A stretch of DNA of 64,000 nt from a virus: IMG/VR virus record IMGVR_UViG_3300030019_000008, one strand, 5' to 3'. The position numbers and the translations under genes were made by a program. Positions 9,376-19,438 of the stretch are shown here, piece after piece (the first letter of the stretch is position 1; each line of letters opens with the position of its first letter). The notes below the pieces were generated by a model, which saw only the letters and a list, made by a program, of their open reading frames with translations, had not been told where the DNA came from and ran no database searches.

Positions 9376-9768
9376 CCCAATGTCCAGTTAAGCCGCTCAT
9401 CCCTATTCGGGATTACCCTCTTAACCCGGTGCGATTCCTGGCACCCGCCCATGGCTTTCCCATGGGGGCAGATCATATCATCATCCCCTCACAATGAGGG
9501 GAGGCTTCTACTTGGCAGACGCTGTCCGCTACTCCCCGCTACGGGATGATCGTTGAACCTTACTCATATTTCGCTATCTCAGCGATACTTAGAGTCTTGG
9601 CTGCGTGATTACCCAATTCCTACCCTTTTTACCATACCCAGCTAGTTACCCTGGCCACTTACAAGTTTCCAATGTAAGTTTGGTAGATAGGACTCTAAGG
9701 ATGTCCCCGCAATTCAAAAGCATTCAATCCACCATTACTGATAGATAGGACCTATATTTAAGATGTCG
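9376..9768 (-). mobile_element. group I self-splicing intron without ORF (393 nt)
   Basis: exon 1 ends in U, intron ends in G; P AATTGCGGGG (9705-9714), Q AATCACGCAGC (9600-9610), R GTTCAACGATCAT (9546-9558), S GATGATATGATCT (9470-9482); P7 GATCAT/ATGATC; splicing restores ADFDGD. Confidence 0.9.
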
Positions 9769-11085
9769 ATCAGCGCCATACTGCTCTACGTTGAGGATCG
9801 AGATTGACATGGTTTTGTCTTCCAGGTCATCCTTGATCCCGGTGATGCGCACCAGCTGAATACTGCCTAAACCCAGAGTCGGATTGCGCTGCATGATCAC
9901 CGGTATGCCCTTATGCTTATCGGGATCATCCGGATACAGATACGAGCAATCAGACTCCTCGATCATCTCATCGAACAGACTCTTGACTTTCTCGATCACT
10001 GCCTTATCGGTAGTTCCGACGGCACTGTAGAGCAGCCCCAGTAGATCATTCGGGTTATACCCGCGTCTGGTGAGCTTGCTGGCCAGGTGAGTGCGCAGCA
10101 GCCCAATCCCCACACCCCATGGAATATGTATCTCGTCATACTGGTGAGGACCAGTGAGAGAGGAGATCACACACCGAGCTGAGAAGTCAGTTCTGCCACC
10201 ATAAACTTGCTTGCGAAAGATGCCCTCTTTCGGAGCAAAAAGCTTGTCGTACACTCCCTCGTAGTACTGAGAGAGCATGTCGATCGACTTGATCGTGCGC
10301 TCTTCACGCTGTCGCTGACTGAGCACACACGTCGGAGTATCGATACCAATCATCCCGGTAATGGCATCGATTGCAACGAACATCGTATTGTCGAGAAAAC
10401 GACCCAGGTTGGTGTTCTCGATCACCAACATTGTTCTATTCACCAGCGGGATTTGCTGGCTGAAAACCTTATTTCGATTCTCCTGGATCAGTTGATAGAG
10501 AGGATCAATCTTGTTGCGTTTCTTGATGGTCTTCAGATTGAAGAAGAACTCCATATAGGAATCGAAGTTCTCCACGAAGTTGTTGTAACCGCGCTTGAGT
10601 TTTGCATCCAGTATGGATTGCCAGTAAACCGGCAGATTCCCATCAGGAACATAGCTGGGCATCGTGATCCAGTGCAGCAAGGAAAAGCCCGCGCCTTTCT
10701 TGAAACGCCCCACCAACATCGACCAGATCAGTGGATTGATCATCGCAGTCACGCCACGCGGAGACCTGAGCCAGATGCGAGGTTGTAGATCATCGGTAGA
10801 TGACTCAACAGTCGTGTGACACACCGGACACTTAACACCGATATTGCTACCGGATGTCTTATCTCCGCGACTGTTAGTATATCCAGTCAGTCTGCCGCAC
10901 TGACAAGTGGGTGTGTTGGACAAACATTCGCTACCATCGTGCTGGGTGAATACCTCCTTACGGAATGCTTCTTTTGCTGCTGGAGATTCGTCCACGTCAT
11001 TGACATACTGAGGGTCTTTTACGAACCTCAGAAAGTCATCATCGTAGTCTGCTACTTCTCCATAAATACCCATATTCTCTCCCAA
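9769..11085 (-). CDS. non-virion RNA polymerase beta' subunit (phiKZ gp55-like), exon 1
   Basis: Zn-ribbon CQC...CPVC, KEGIFRKQVYGGRTDFSARCVI, RNPTL motifs; ends at ...QYGAD; spliced product 499 aa. Confidence 0.9.
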
Positions 11086-11090
11086 GAACG

Positions 11091-11135
11091 AAAAAAATAA
11101 CTCCCTCTACCCAAAGACTTCTTGGGTAGAGGGAG
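11091..11135 (-). terminator. intrinsic terminator after chimallin
   Basis: 14-bp perfect stem CTCCCTCTACCCAA/TTGGGTAGAGGGAG plus T-run. Confidence 0.8.
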
Positions 11136-11160
11136 CCTCACTAGAGCCGAGGCTCAGCGA

Positions 11161-13032
11161 TCAGATATTGCCGCGGAAACGACCGAAGCCGGCCGGATTG
11201 CCGCCCGAGGTACGACGCTGGAAGTAGGAGTCGTTGCCACGGGTGCTCATGCGAGCATCGTCGAGGTAGTCGGCACCACGAGTGCGATCACGGCGGGCAC
11301 CGAACAGGCCGCTGGATTCCAGCGAGACGTCGAGCTTGGCCGCGAGCAGCGCTTCGGTCAGTGCGTTCAGGAAGTCGCGGTTGAACGAGTAGCGACGGGA
11401 CATGCCGGTGAAGCGCACTTCGGAGGCCAGCGCGCCTTCGATGATGGTGCGTTGTTCATCAGCACGAGCGATCACATCCGTACCACCGCCCTGGGTTGCA
11501 TCACCCCAGCGACCGATCTGGCCAGCATCGTTGGCACCGAAGGTGTTGCAGATGAAGGCATAGTCGACGTCACGGATATCGCGACGCACACCACCAGGAG
11601 CAACATAGTCGCCATTGAGCAGCGACAGGTTGTTCTTGGAGAGGATCGTGTGGTTCTTCTTGGCCTCGAACTTCGCCGCGAAGTTGCCCTTGGTGAGCTT
11701 TTCTGCAGCACGGAAGATCGCTGCTTGAGCCGAAGATTCACCTTCAGCTGCCATCGCGAACGGAGCCAGGAAGTAGGTATCCGGACCGCATTCGGCGATG
11801 TCGATCGAGACCACCAGGTCGTCGAACATGATGGCTTGCAGGTAATCCGCGAGATCGTCGTCGCGCAGATCCTTGCCCGTATCCATCACATAGCCGCCCT
11901 TCGGATCGTTGGTGACGTTCGCTTCGACGTTGAAACCACCGACACCATGCATGTCGCGACCGCCAGCCGGATTGGTGTTCGGACGGAAGCACTGAGTCCA
12001 GCCGTTGTCCACACGCAGAGCGTTGATGGCCGCCAGCGAGAGCAGAGTGCCTTCGAGGGAGGTCATCCGGGTATGGCCGAGCTGCGTGATGATGAAGTTC
12101 GGGATGTAGGTGCGGGTATCCCGGCGTTCAGTGGTACGGAAGGAGTTGTTCGGCTTTTCTTCCGGCGCATAGATCACGTCCATGTAGCCGCCAACATGAG
12201 CCAGAATCTTGCTCTGAGCACCGATGTCGTTCAGCGAGACATCCATCGAGTTGCTCTGACGATTCGGGATCGTGGACAGCACCAGACGGGTATCGGTACG
12301 GACCGGCACCCCGACAGCGTTCTCGGTGTTCGGCTGGTTGAACAGCGCGCGCACTTGCAGAGCGCGTCCGGCAGTCAGGTCGTCGATGGACACACGGACG
12401 AGACCGGCAGCTTGAGCGAGGATGGTGGCGCAGGCAGTCACGGCATTGGTGAACAGCGCATCGGTGCGCGGCTTCGAGAGCTCGAATCCGGCCGGAACGA
12501 CTTCGGCGTCAGCCTGCACAAACGACGTGTGCGGGTAACGAACCGACAGTTCCTTCTGGATGAAGGCAATCATCTTGCCGTCGAAAGCTTCGCCGGCGTG
12601 ACGCTTCCAGATGATCGTTTCCGGGCCCTTGTTGATCTGGGTCTCGACAGCGCCGAACGAGTCGCCGATCAGCAGAGTGTGGAACGAACCGGCCGCACCC
12701 TTGGAGGTCTTGAGGAACGCCAGGATGACGAGGATCGAAACCGTGATGCCCTCGCTGTTCGCGCGGTCGAACGTCAGGAACGAGTAGTCGTAGTAGACGT
12801 TGTTGACCGTGCCTTCGAAGTACTTGGTGGCGGCCTCGGAGAGACGGACCAGCGTGTCGCCGCTGGCGGTGTCGCCGGCCGGGTTCAGCAGTGCTGCGTA
12901 GTTGATATTGTCCAGGCCTTCAGCCTGACCGCCGAAGTTCGGACGGGCGGATTCAGCGCGGGGGCGGGGAGCCTCGGCATGCTCTTGGCGGCCGTTGTTC
13001 CCGTTCTGGTTGGTATCGTCAACGATGCTCAT
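11161..13032 (-). CDS. chmA: chimallin, major phage nuclear shell protein
   Basis: 623 aa, disordered termini, immediately upstream of nvRNAP beta', strong codon bias, early promoter upstream; matches chimallin size and position. Confidence 0.85.
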   Translation of the reverse strand: MSIVDDTNQNGNNGRQEHAEAPRPRAESARPNFGGQAEGLDNINYAALLNPAGDTASGDTLVRLSEAATKYFEGTVNNVYYDYSFLTFDRANSEGITVSILVILAFLKTSKGAAGSFHTLLIGDSFGAVETQINKGPETIIWKRHAGEAFDGKMIAFIQKELSVRYPHTSFVQADAEVVPAGFELSKPRTDALFTNAVTACATILAQAAGLVRVSIDDLTAGRALQVRALFNQPNTENAVGVPVRTDTRLVLSTIPNRQSNSMDVSLNDIGAQSKILAHVGGYMDVIYAPEEKPNNSFRTTERRDTRTYIPNFIITQLGHTRMTSLEGTLLSLAAINALRVDNGWTQCFRPNTNPAGGRDMHGVGGFNVEANVTNDPKGGYVMDTGKDLRDDDLADYLQAIMFDDLVVSIDIAECGPDTYFLAPFAMAAEGESSAQAAIFRAAEKLTKGNFAAKFEAKKNHTILSKNNLSLLNGDYVAPGGVRRDIRDVDYAFICNTFGANDAGQIGRWGDATQGGGTDVIARADEQRTIIEGALASEVRFTGMSRRYSFNRDFLNALTEALLAAKLDVSLESSGLFGARRDRTRGADYLDDARMSTRGNDSYFQRRTSGGNPAGFGRFRGNI

Positions 13033-13155
13033 TTCTTTTCCTTTTCTTCACACATGTGTGTACAACACTAAAAAGATCCATTTGCCAGTACTAGCTTATG
13101 AATCAAACCTTAAAAAAGTCTGGAGTAGACTTCTTCAATTACCAATCACCTATAA

Positions 13156-13172
13156 ATAATGAGTGGGTGAAA
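13156..13172 (-). promoter_or_regulatory. early-type promoter for chimallin
   Basis: TTTCACCCACTCATTAT, variant of the repeated motif. Confidence 0.7.
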
Positions 13173-13407
13173 AAATCTAGAATCCGCTGTATCTGAGCTT
13201 TACATGTTATACCTACCATCAGTAAAAAAATCACCGATAAGTGAAAAACGGATATAACGCGTATGACCTAGAGTAGCAGCTTCTTTCGAAGCGACTACTT
13301 CTCATATACATACTATATCGTGTATTTTTTTACATCAGCTATGGGTAGGGATAATATGACTGCCTTAACCGGGCTACTTTCCTATTAACCTACAACGTGA
13401 GCGGAAC

Positions 13408-14520
13408 ATGTACGAAATCTTTAATGTGGAGCCTGTGCATCAGACAGCAGTGCCTACACCCTCACGATGGAACTTCATCAGAACACGTTTGAATGCTAAC
13501 CTGGATAAAGCTGTGAGCTACTATCGTCACAGTAAAGAGTTCGTTAGCTCCCAACACATATTGATCAAGCTACTATCGGGTATGGGTGTTCCTCATTCCC
13601 TGGAGATCTCTCGTTATTACGATAACGTTTGTCAAGTAGCTCTCAACCGATCGATGGCTCTCGGAATGACGTCATCTATATTTAAGGGTCGTCTATTCCA
13701 CGGTGACTTCTACGGTGATGCGAGTCGAGAGATCATTATCGGTTACTCCGATAGCTTTGATCCGGTCTGGGCAAATGACAACTGGGAAGATCTGTCTCCT
13801 ATAACTATCCTGAGATGTGCGCATAGCGACATCTCTTTCATGCCTCCGAATGGAATCCGACATCATTCGGAAACTGGTGTGGCTGTGATCGCTATCAATA
13901 TCCCATTGCTCGCTGTTCAGTATAGAGCCTTCAGGAATAAAGAAGCTGAGATTGCTGCTGTCTCAGGATGTGGAGAACGAGGGATCAACAACTTCGTATT
14001 CAATTACCCCCTGACGAATGCGCTAGGGTCGCAATTGGATTATGAGCTGTTCAATCACCTGGATCATGTACTGAGGGATGAAGCAATAGGCGTATCAATT
14101 TCAGCCAAGCATCCATTCTTCATGTCGGGATTTGAGGATGAGCTAAGAGAGTATCATGAAAAGCTTATAGATATACTCAGCAATTCAAAAGCTGACTTCT
14201 ACAACATGATGCGCTCGATCCCGATGATCAATGTCGACAATTTGTTTGATGCATCGTATCTCCCATCTTCAGTTCCGACCAGACAGATTGAGTGGGCATT
14301 CTCTGTTGCCAGAATACCGACAATTGAGTTTCTGTTCAGGCTGTCGAGTGAATTTGCATTAGTGCGTAACTCCATGGAAGTTGGGAAGATTGCTCGCTAT
14401 GCAAACATGTCCTTGAGAAACTCTTTGCTTAACACCATGCTGCCTGCCGATCTTTATAGAGACTTGGCTGATAGCTACAACTACATCAATAAGATCGCAA
14501 AAGGTGAGAATGATGAATAA
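13408..14520 (+). CDS. conserved virion structural protein (phiKZ gp52-like by synteny)
   Basis: 370 aa, divergent from chimallin, between chimallin and DNA polymerase. Confidence 0.6.
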   Translation: MYEIFNVEPVHQTAVPTPSRWNFIRTRLNANLDKAVSYYRHSKEFVSSQHILIKLLSGMGVPHSLEISRYYDNVCQVALNRSMALGMTSSIFKGRLFHGDFYGDASREIIIGYSDSFDPVWANDNWEDLSPITILRCAHSDISFMPPNGIRHHSETGVAVIAINIPLLAVQYRAFRNKEAEIAAVSGCGERGINNFVFNYPLTNALGSQLDYELFNHLDHVLRDEAIGVSISAKHPFFMSGFEDELREYHEKLIDILSNSKADFYNMMRSIPMINVDNLFDASYLPSSVPTRQIEWAFSVARIPTIEFLFRLSSEFALVRNSMEVGKIARYANMSLRNSLLNTMLPADLYRDLADSYNYINKIAKGENDE

Positions 14521-15958
14521 CGTGGAAACTGGCAGCGTGTCTTTGGAAGCCATGGTTGCTCGTGCAGAAGCAATGTATAGCCTGCTGGGTAAACTCGAGG
14601 CTGAGAGATCGGTGACGATGGATGGTGTGGCTGCTGTGGAATCCTTTTGCCCAAATGGCAAGACGATGGATACGTTTTTCAGTTCGGCTCCTGCGGCTCA
14701 GAAGCACAGAGCAGCCCTGGAGGAACTCAGTAAGGGCATCATTGCTTTGATTGCTACTGCTGTACTGGCAGTGATTGCCACCATCATGAAGATCTACAAG
14801 TTCTTCACGACGGGTAGTTCAAGCGGTAGCGGGTCTGGTGGCAACACTATCGATATCAAGAATGTTGATGATGACGGACACATCGTCAAACCTGAACAAG
14901 CAATTGAGCGCGTGGTCGAGAAGATCGATCCTCAAGCCAAAGACTTTCAGACTCTGGGTCAGATGGCTACTCCGCTGAGCAATCATCCCGCTGATGAAGG
15001 TGTTCAGGGCGATGTGCTCAAGCGCATTGAAACTCTGGCTCTGAGCATTGCCTCCAGGTCACCCACGAGCATGAAGAGGACAAACTGTATCACTGCCGCA
15101 CATGCCAGTCGTACAGTCATTGGAGAAATCCTTCTCGGTAAAGACATTTACTATTCGCTCTATTTCAAGGAGTCTCAGAAAACCGGTATCGTGCCCGCAA
15201 CAGGCGACGTTCAGAAACTCGTTGCATATTTCGATTACTGGATCAAGTTCCTCAAAAAGGCAGATGCTGATCTGCGGGAATACAAGAACCTTGATGCAGA
15301 GGTTGCGGAACTACACAGAGAAACAGCCAGGGTTCTGAATCTGCACGATGGTCAAACTCTCAAGGGAGTTCTTGCTGACATCGACATGCTAATAAAAGAC
15401 TCCAAGATGAATGCAGATCTCAAGCGTGGTCCTGTGTCATCTCAGGACGACGTCAGAAATTTCATTCTGAGGGGTCCTGGTGGCGTTGTATCGGCTCCCG
15501 CAAGGTTCTTGCGTCAGTTCCGCATAGCTGACATCCAGTCTTCCTTCATCGCCATGGAAAAGCACGTGAAGCCCCTGCTCAAGCTCGTGAGTACTCTCAA
15601 AACCTACCAACAGGCATATGAAGAGTTTGTCACGAATGAGAGCGAGGATGGCATGCACACTGTCAGACCCACTGTCAGGGGATTGAATCTGACTGAACCC
15701 ATGATCGCTGTCCAGTACATCAGTAAGGAGCTTAGCGTTTACGTCTATGCTTACAACGTGTATGTGGAGGAAGTTTCTTCTTTCCTTCAGACGTACCATG
15801 AGCTTTGCAAGATTGCTCTTCTTCATCCCGAGGAATTCATCAAGTCCACGGATATGGATGCAGCGAAGAAGCTCATCGATGACCTGCGTGATTCGATGAA
15901 GGTTACCCACAAGCTCATTAATGAATTCAGTTCACTTCCCAAGCTAACCATGAGCTAA
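14504..15958 (+). CDS. putative internal head/ejection protein
   Basis: ~484 aa; S-L-E and A-L-E prohead-protease-type sites followed by hydrophobic helix (IIALIATAVLAVIATI) and GS linker. Confidence 0.55.
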   Translation: MRMMNNVETGSVSLEAMVARAEAMYSLLGKLEAERSVTMDGVAAVESFCPNGKTMDTFFSSAPAAQKHRAALEELSKGIIALIATAVLAVIATIMKIYKFFTTGSSSGSGSGGNTIDIKNVDDDGHIVKPEQAIERVVEKIDPQAKDFQTLGQMATPLSNHPADEGVQGDVLKRIETLALSIASRSPTSMKRTNCITAAHASRTVIGEILLGKDIYYSLYFKESQKTGIVPATGDVQKLVAYFDYWIKFLKKADADLREYKNLDAEVAELHRETARVLNLHDGQTLKGVLADIDMLIKDSKMNADLKRGPVSSQDDVRNFILRGPGGVVSAPARFLRQFRIADIQSSFIAMEKHVKPLLKLVSTLKTYQQAYEEFVTNESEDGMHTVRPTVRGLNLTEPMIAVQYISKELSVYVYAYNVYVEEVSSFLQTYHELCKIALLHPEEFIKSTDMDAAKKLIDDLRDSMKVTHKLINEFSSLPKLTMS

Positions 15959-15972
15959 TCCGGCAAACTGAT

Positions 15973-16012
15973 CCTCTACTACCTCTAGGCGCCAGCCTAG
16001 AGGTAGTAGAGG
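15973..16012. terminator. bidirectional hairpin between convergent genes
   Basis: 18-bp perfect stem, 4-nt loop. Confidence 0.75.
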
Positions 16013-16016
16013 CGGA

Positions 16017-18155
16017 TTAGTAATAATCCGAGTACAGTTTGATGTGCTTTCCTGCTGGAGATGAGAACACTCCAAATGATTCAAGAATCAAAGTAAAAAC
16101 CTTAGAGCAGTCCGCCACAATCTTCCTCACATTGATGATCCGGAAGATTTCATCAGGGATACCCTTGGAGTCAACAATGTTCATGGGTAGATAAAACGTC
16201 TTGAGCATCCGCCCATTGCGTTTTTCCAACCATGCAACCATGCGCTCTTTGAGTTCCTGATCTTCAATGCTGTTGAGCCATGCATTGACTTGTGTCTTGT
16301 TCTCCATGCTTGTATTGACCTTAATTGCCGCATAAGGCGGAGGAGGTGCTTCCCCATGCTTGGGACCAAACACTTCATTCCAGAAGGTGTAATGCATGTA
16401 GGGAGAACGTTCAGGATCAAGTGTGTATGAGTCAGGACCTTTGATCTGTGCTCCTCGGAAGTACTCCAGAGAACCACTTCTCAAAGATTTCAGAATCACA
16501 CGTTCTTCATCAGCAATCTCAGTCAGAATCTGAGACAGGTACAGATCCTCACCGCTGATAATCTTCTTCATTGTTCCGATCATCAGCTCCTTGGCCTTGG
16601 CATTGATTGCCGGAGGAGCATTGGAAGACTTCAAGTGAACACCCTTGATTTCTTCTTTGAAGTCAGTATAGACGTTACCTTCCCGACAACTGATCAGAGC
16701 ATAGTAGTGCTTGGCCACCTGTGTCGTCACAAAGACGTCGAACTTGAATTCGTTCTTCATGGCGATCTGGTGCAGGCGCTTCTTTTCCACACCAATGTTC
16801 GAACTCATCATTGCCAGCAAGTGAACAATCGCCTGAGATGCAACGAAGATCATTGTTGCTGCGACAGCGTTGGCCTTGGAACCGAAACAGATCTTACCGA
16901 AATACCACTTCACCCAATCCTGCACTGTGAAGATAGTGGAGTCAGTGTCAGATGTCACGGCTGCATAACGCACACTGGTAGGGAACCATCCTAACGATGC
17001 CGGTACGTTGCTAGAGGTTAGCAGCGCACTGATCAGATCACCATATTCCAACACAGTCTTGTAGGAGTTTTCCATAGTCGATGCAACAATCGCATAAACA
17101 TCGGGATGTTCCTTTTCCATCTTCGACCACTTGATACCGCGGGTCAAGCTCTCACATATCTGAACTGCCAAAATGCGGTAGTCTTCATTGATGTTCTTGA
17201 AGATAGAATTGGGGTCAGGGTGTTGAACATCCACCAGTGTGGACAACTTGGTAATGAATCCACGCATCAGACCATCATTGTAGAGCGTCAGGCTATAAAG
17301 ATCCCCGGTATAGACAAAAGCTGCTCTTTGAAGAGGGGTCAACTTGGAGATCAGAATGCGGATACGTTCGATTTCCTTAGGCAATCTCCAGTAGTGGTTG
17401 GAGCCACGGGTGATAACTGCCATCGCATCATCCACGCTGGGGTAATGCAGGTCGTACTTACTCATCACTGCCGAGAACTTCTCATAGTCGGTATGATTGA
17501 TGATGGAGATGACATTATTGCGAACGATGTCAGGAGACCAGTAATGGCGATTACCTGAGAGCATCTTTTCATTGTTCGCATTGCCATACCCGGATGTGCA
17601 CCGGCATGTGGACGTCAGAGTGCTGTGAGCTGTCTTGTTATAGACAGGAGTCGAATTACTCACATACGCACCGCTCAGTGCATTGTTGAAGATCTTCGCA
17701 AAGGTCTGCTCATTCTTCTTGTATGTGGCCTTGATTACATCTTGGTCCATCTCGGCTTCGAACATCTCTTTCTTAGCACGAGACCGGCGCTTCACATTCT
17801 TGTCGATGAAGTCAACGTGAAGAGATTGCTTCTTCCCAGGATTGACATACGTCGTCAGAGTGGGTGCAACGATGTCTGCATCCTTGATGGCATCGCGAAG
17901 ATACTGAGTCAAAGGAATCTCAACCTCAAACCGATCTTCGAAGTTGGGACGATCCGTGCATCTGACTATTGGGTCAACCATACCCAATGCGCCACCAGGC
18001 CTTACCGTTTTCTTGACAAAGGCTGCGCACTGCCCGTAGTCTTTGCCAGTCATGACCGATAAGTACATGGCGGCATCATCGACGTAATGCTTGACGACAT
18101 CCAAATCGCGTCGATATGCGTCTGCCTCCAGAACAAATGGATTCGCTGCAGTCAT
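16017..18155 (-). CDS. family B DNA polymerase, polymerase-domain subunit (phiKZ gp50-like)
   Basis: KIFNNALSG (motif B), SDTDS (motif C), KHYYA, KGVHLK. Confidence 0.88.
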   Translation of the reverse strand: MTAANPFVLEADAYRRDLDVVKHYVDDAAMYLSVMTGKDYGQCAAFVKKTVRPGGALGMVDPIVRCTDRPNFEDRFEVEIPLTQYLRDAIKDADIVAPTLTTYVNPGKKQSLHVDFIDKNVKRRSRAKKEMFEAEMDQDVIKATYKKNEQTFAKIFNNALSGAYVSNSTPVYNKTAHSTLTSTCRCTSGYGNANNEKMLSGNRHYWSPDIVRNNVISIINHTDYEKFSAVMSKYDLHYPSVDDAMAVITRGSNHYWRLPKEIERIRILISKLTPLQRAAFVYTGDLYSLTLYNDGLMRGFITKLSTLVDVQHPDPNSIFKNINEDYRILAVQICESLTRGIKWSKMEKEHPDVYAIVASTMENSYKTVLEYGDLISALLTSSNVPASLGWFPTSVRYAAVTSDTDSTIFTVQDWVKWYFGKICFGSKANAVAATMIFVASQAIVHLLAMMSSNIGVEKKRLHQIAMKNEFKFDVFVTTQVAKHYYALISCREGNVYTDFKEEIKGVHLKSSNAPPAINAKAKELMIGTMKKIISGEDLYLSQILTEIADEERVILKSLRSGSLEYFRGAQIKGPDSYTLDPERSPYMHYTFWNEVFGPKHGEAPPPPYAAIKVNTSMENKTQVNAWLNSIEDQELKERMVAWLEKRNGRMLKTFYLPMNIVDSKGIPDEIFRIINVRKIVADCSKVFTLILESFGVFSSPAGKHIKLYSDYY

Positions 18156-18158
18156 CTG

Positions 18159-18566
18159 TTACACCTTGATCGCGACTGATGCAGTGGTAAAGCCGGCTTG
18201 CACAAGTGCTGCCAGCACAGCACCGAGCTTGTCACTGGTGATACCGGGGATGGTAGCCACGATCGTCACAGACTCAACCTGAACGATAGTGCTATCCTTG
18301 ATCCAGGGTTCAGGGATGATGACCTTGGAACCAGACTGGGTCAGGAATGTGAAGTATCGGTACTGCGACGGGTCATCAGGCGTACCAGACGGCAGGTACG
18401 GATATGCCTTGGCGTGGTTTGCAGCCACATCAAAGCCCGCGGCTTGAGCCGAAGAGTAATCAGTGATGCCCAGGAGCTTGGCAGCTTGCTGATTGCCATA
18501 GAGCGATGCCGGATAGAGATCGAACGAATACGAATTCAGAACAGACATGACGATCGATGTCGACAT
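18159..18566 (-). CDS. conserved core hypothetical protein (phiKZ gp49-like by synteny)
   Basis: 135 aa, directly upstream of polymerase. Confidence 0.7.
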   Translation of the reverse strand: MSTSIVMSVLNSYSFDLYPASLYGNQQAAKLLGITDYSSAQAAGFDVAANHAKAYPYLPSGTPDDPSQYRYFTFLTQSGSKVIIPEPWIKDSTIVQVESVTIVATIPGITSDKLGAVLAALVQAGFTTASVAIKV

Positions 18567-18611
18567 TTAACACTCCGAAATAAAAAAAAGAGGTGGGTTA
18601 CACCTCTTGAA

Positions 18612-19055
18612 TTAAATGGCAAAACGAAATGCTTGGTCAACTTCACGCTCGAGCGTAACGCTGGACATGTATTTCGTTTTGACGCATCTGTAGGGGAACA
18701 TGCCGCCGACGTAGCAACCCAACTCCCTCAATTGCCTGAAGACCAGTTGAGCGCAGTCCTGCAGCCTCTGCTGTATGTAGTCTCGGCTTTTGGATGTCTG
18801 ATACCGAGGACCGAAGTACTGAAACTCGACGTCGTATGCGAATGCTGCAAACGCATACATGACATCATCCTCAACGCTCATAGCATTCATGAGCTTGATA
18901 ATTATTTCCTCGACCTCATCTTCAGTGAGCACAGGATCTCTCACTATTTGAAGATCCCTCAAAGGCCTCAATGCATCAGCCAGATCCAGCGTCAGGAATG
19001 CCGGAAATTTCATCATGGCAATACCAGTGTCAGAGTGAGAACATCGTCGCACCAC
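18612..19055 (-). CDS. hypothetical protein
   Basis: 130-147 aa in overlapping operon; start uncertain. Confidence 0.7.
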   Translation of the reverse strand: MVRRCSHSDTGIAMMKFPAFLTLDLADALRPLRDLQIVRDPVLTEDEVEEIIIKLMNAMSVEDDVMYAFAAFAYDVEFQYFGPRYQTSKSRDYIQQRLQDCAQLVFRQLRELGCYVGGMFPYRCVKTKYMSSVTLEREVDQAFRFAI

Positions 19056-19438
19056 TTTCTGTGACGGACAACATATTCACACGGAGGCATCGACTTTGCC
19101 AGCATCTTTCCAACAGCAGCATCGATGTCTTCAATTGCTATCTCCAACACATCGACCGAGTTAGGTGATATCGTCCTACCCTTCATGAACCGAAAGGAGT
19201 ATGCATCTAGATCATGAAGTGCTATCTGGAGCAGATCATCGTACTCGTAATAGTTGGCCGGCTGATAATCCTTGGAAATCTTCAACCATCTGTCGATTGA
19301 TGCATCGACCAAATCAGTGATACCGCGCCGATAGAAGAAAAAGAGAGCTTTGTAATTGGAGAACTCACTTATCAACTCAGCTGTGGGTAATACAAATGCG
19401 GGAATGGTCAGATCACGCACTTTTTCTCTTGTGTACAC
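19013..19438 (-). CDS. hypothetical protein
   Basis: 141 aa, GGAGGA RBS before GTG. Confidence 0.7.
   Translation of the reverse strand: MYTREKVRDLTIPAFVLPTAELISEFSNYKALFFFYRRGITDLVDASIDRWLKISKDYQPANYYEYDDLLQIALHDLDAYSFRFMKGRTISPNSVDVLEIAIEDIDAAVGKMLAKSMPPCEYVVRHRKWCDDVLTLTLVLP

Noticed and set aside
9265-9549. 94-aa plus-strand ORF as an intron homing endonuclease
   Set aside because: Antisense to the intron, overlaps exon 2 and the ribozyme core, and has no HNH, GIY-YIG or LAGLIDADG motif
9724-9768. C-terminus RHLKYRSYLSVMVD of the 453-aa ORF as the true protein end
   Set aside because: It is read-through into the intron; the catalytic motif is completed only by exon 2
11122-13071. 649-aa antisense ORF over chimallin (also 20929..22011, 32483..33949, 26960..27844, 4970..5683)
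   Set aside because: Shadow frames produced by codon bias of the real genes; no RBS or motifs
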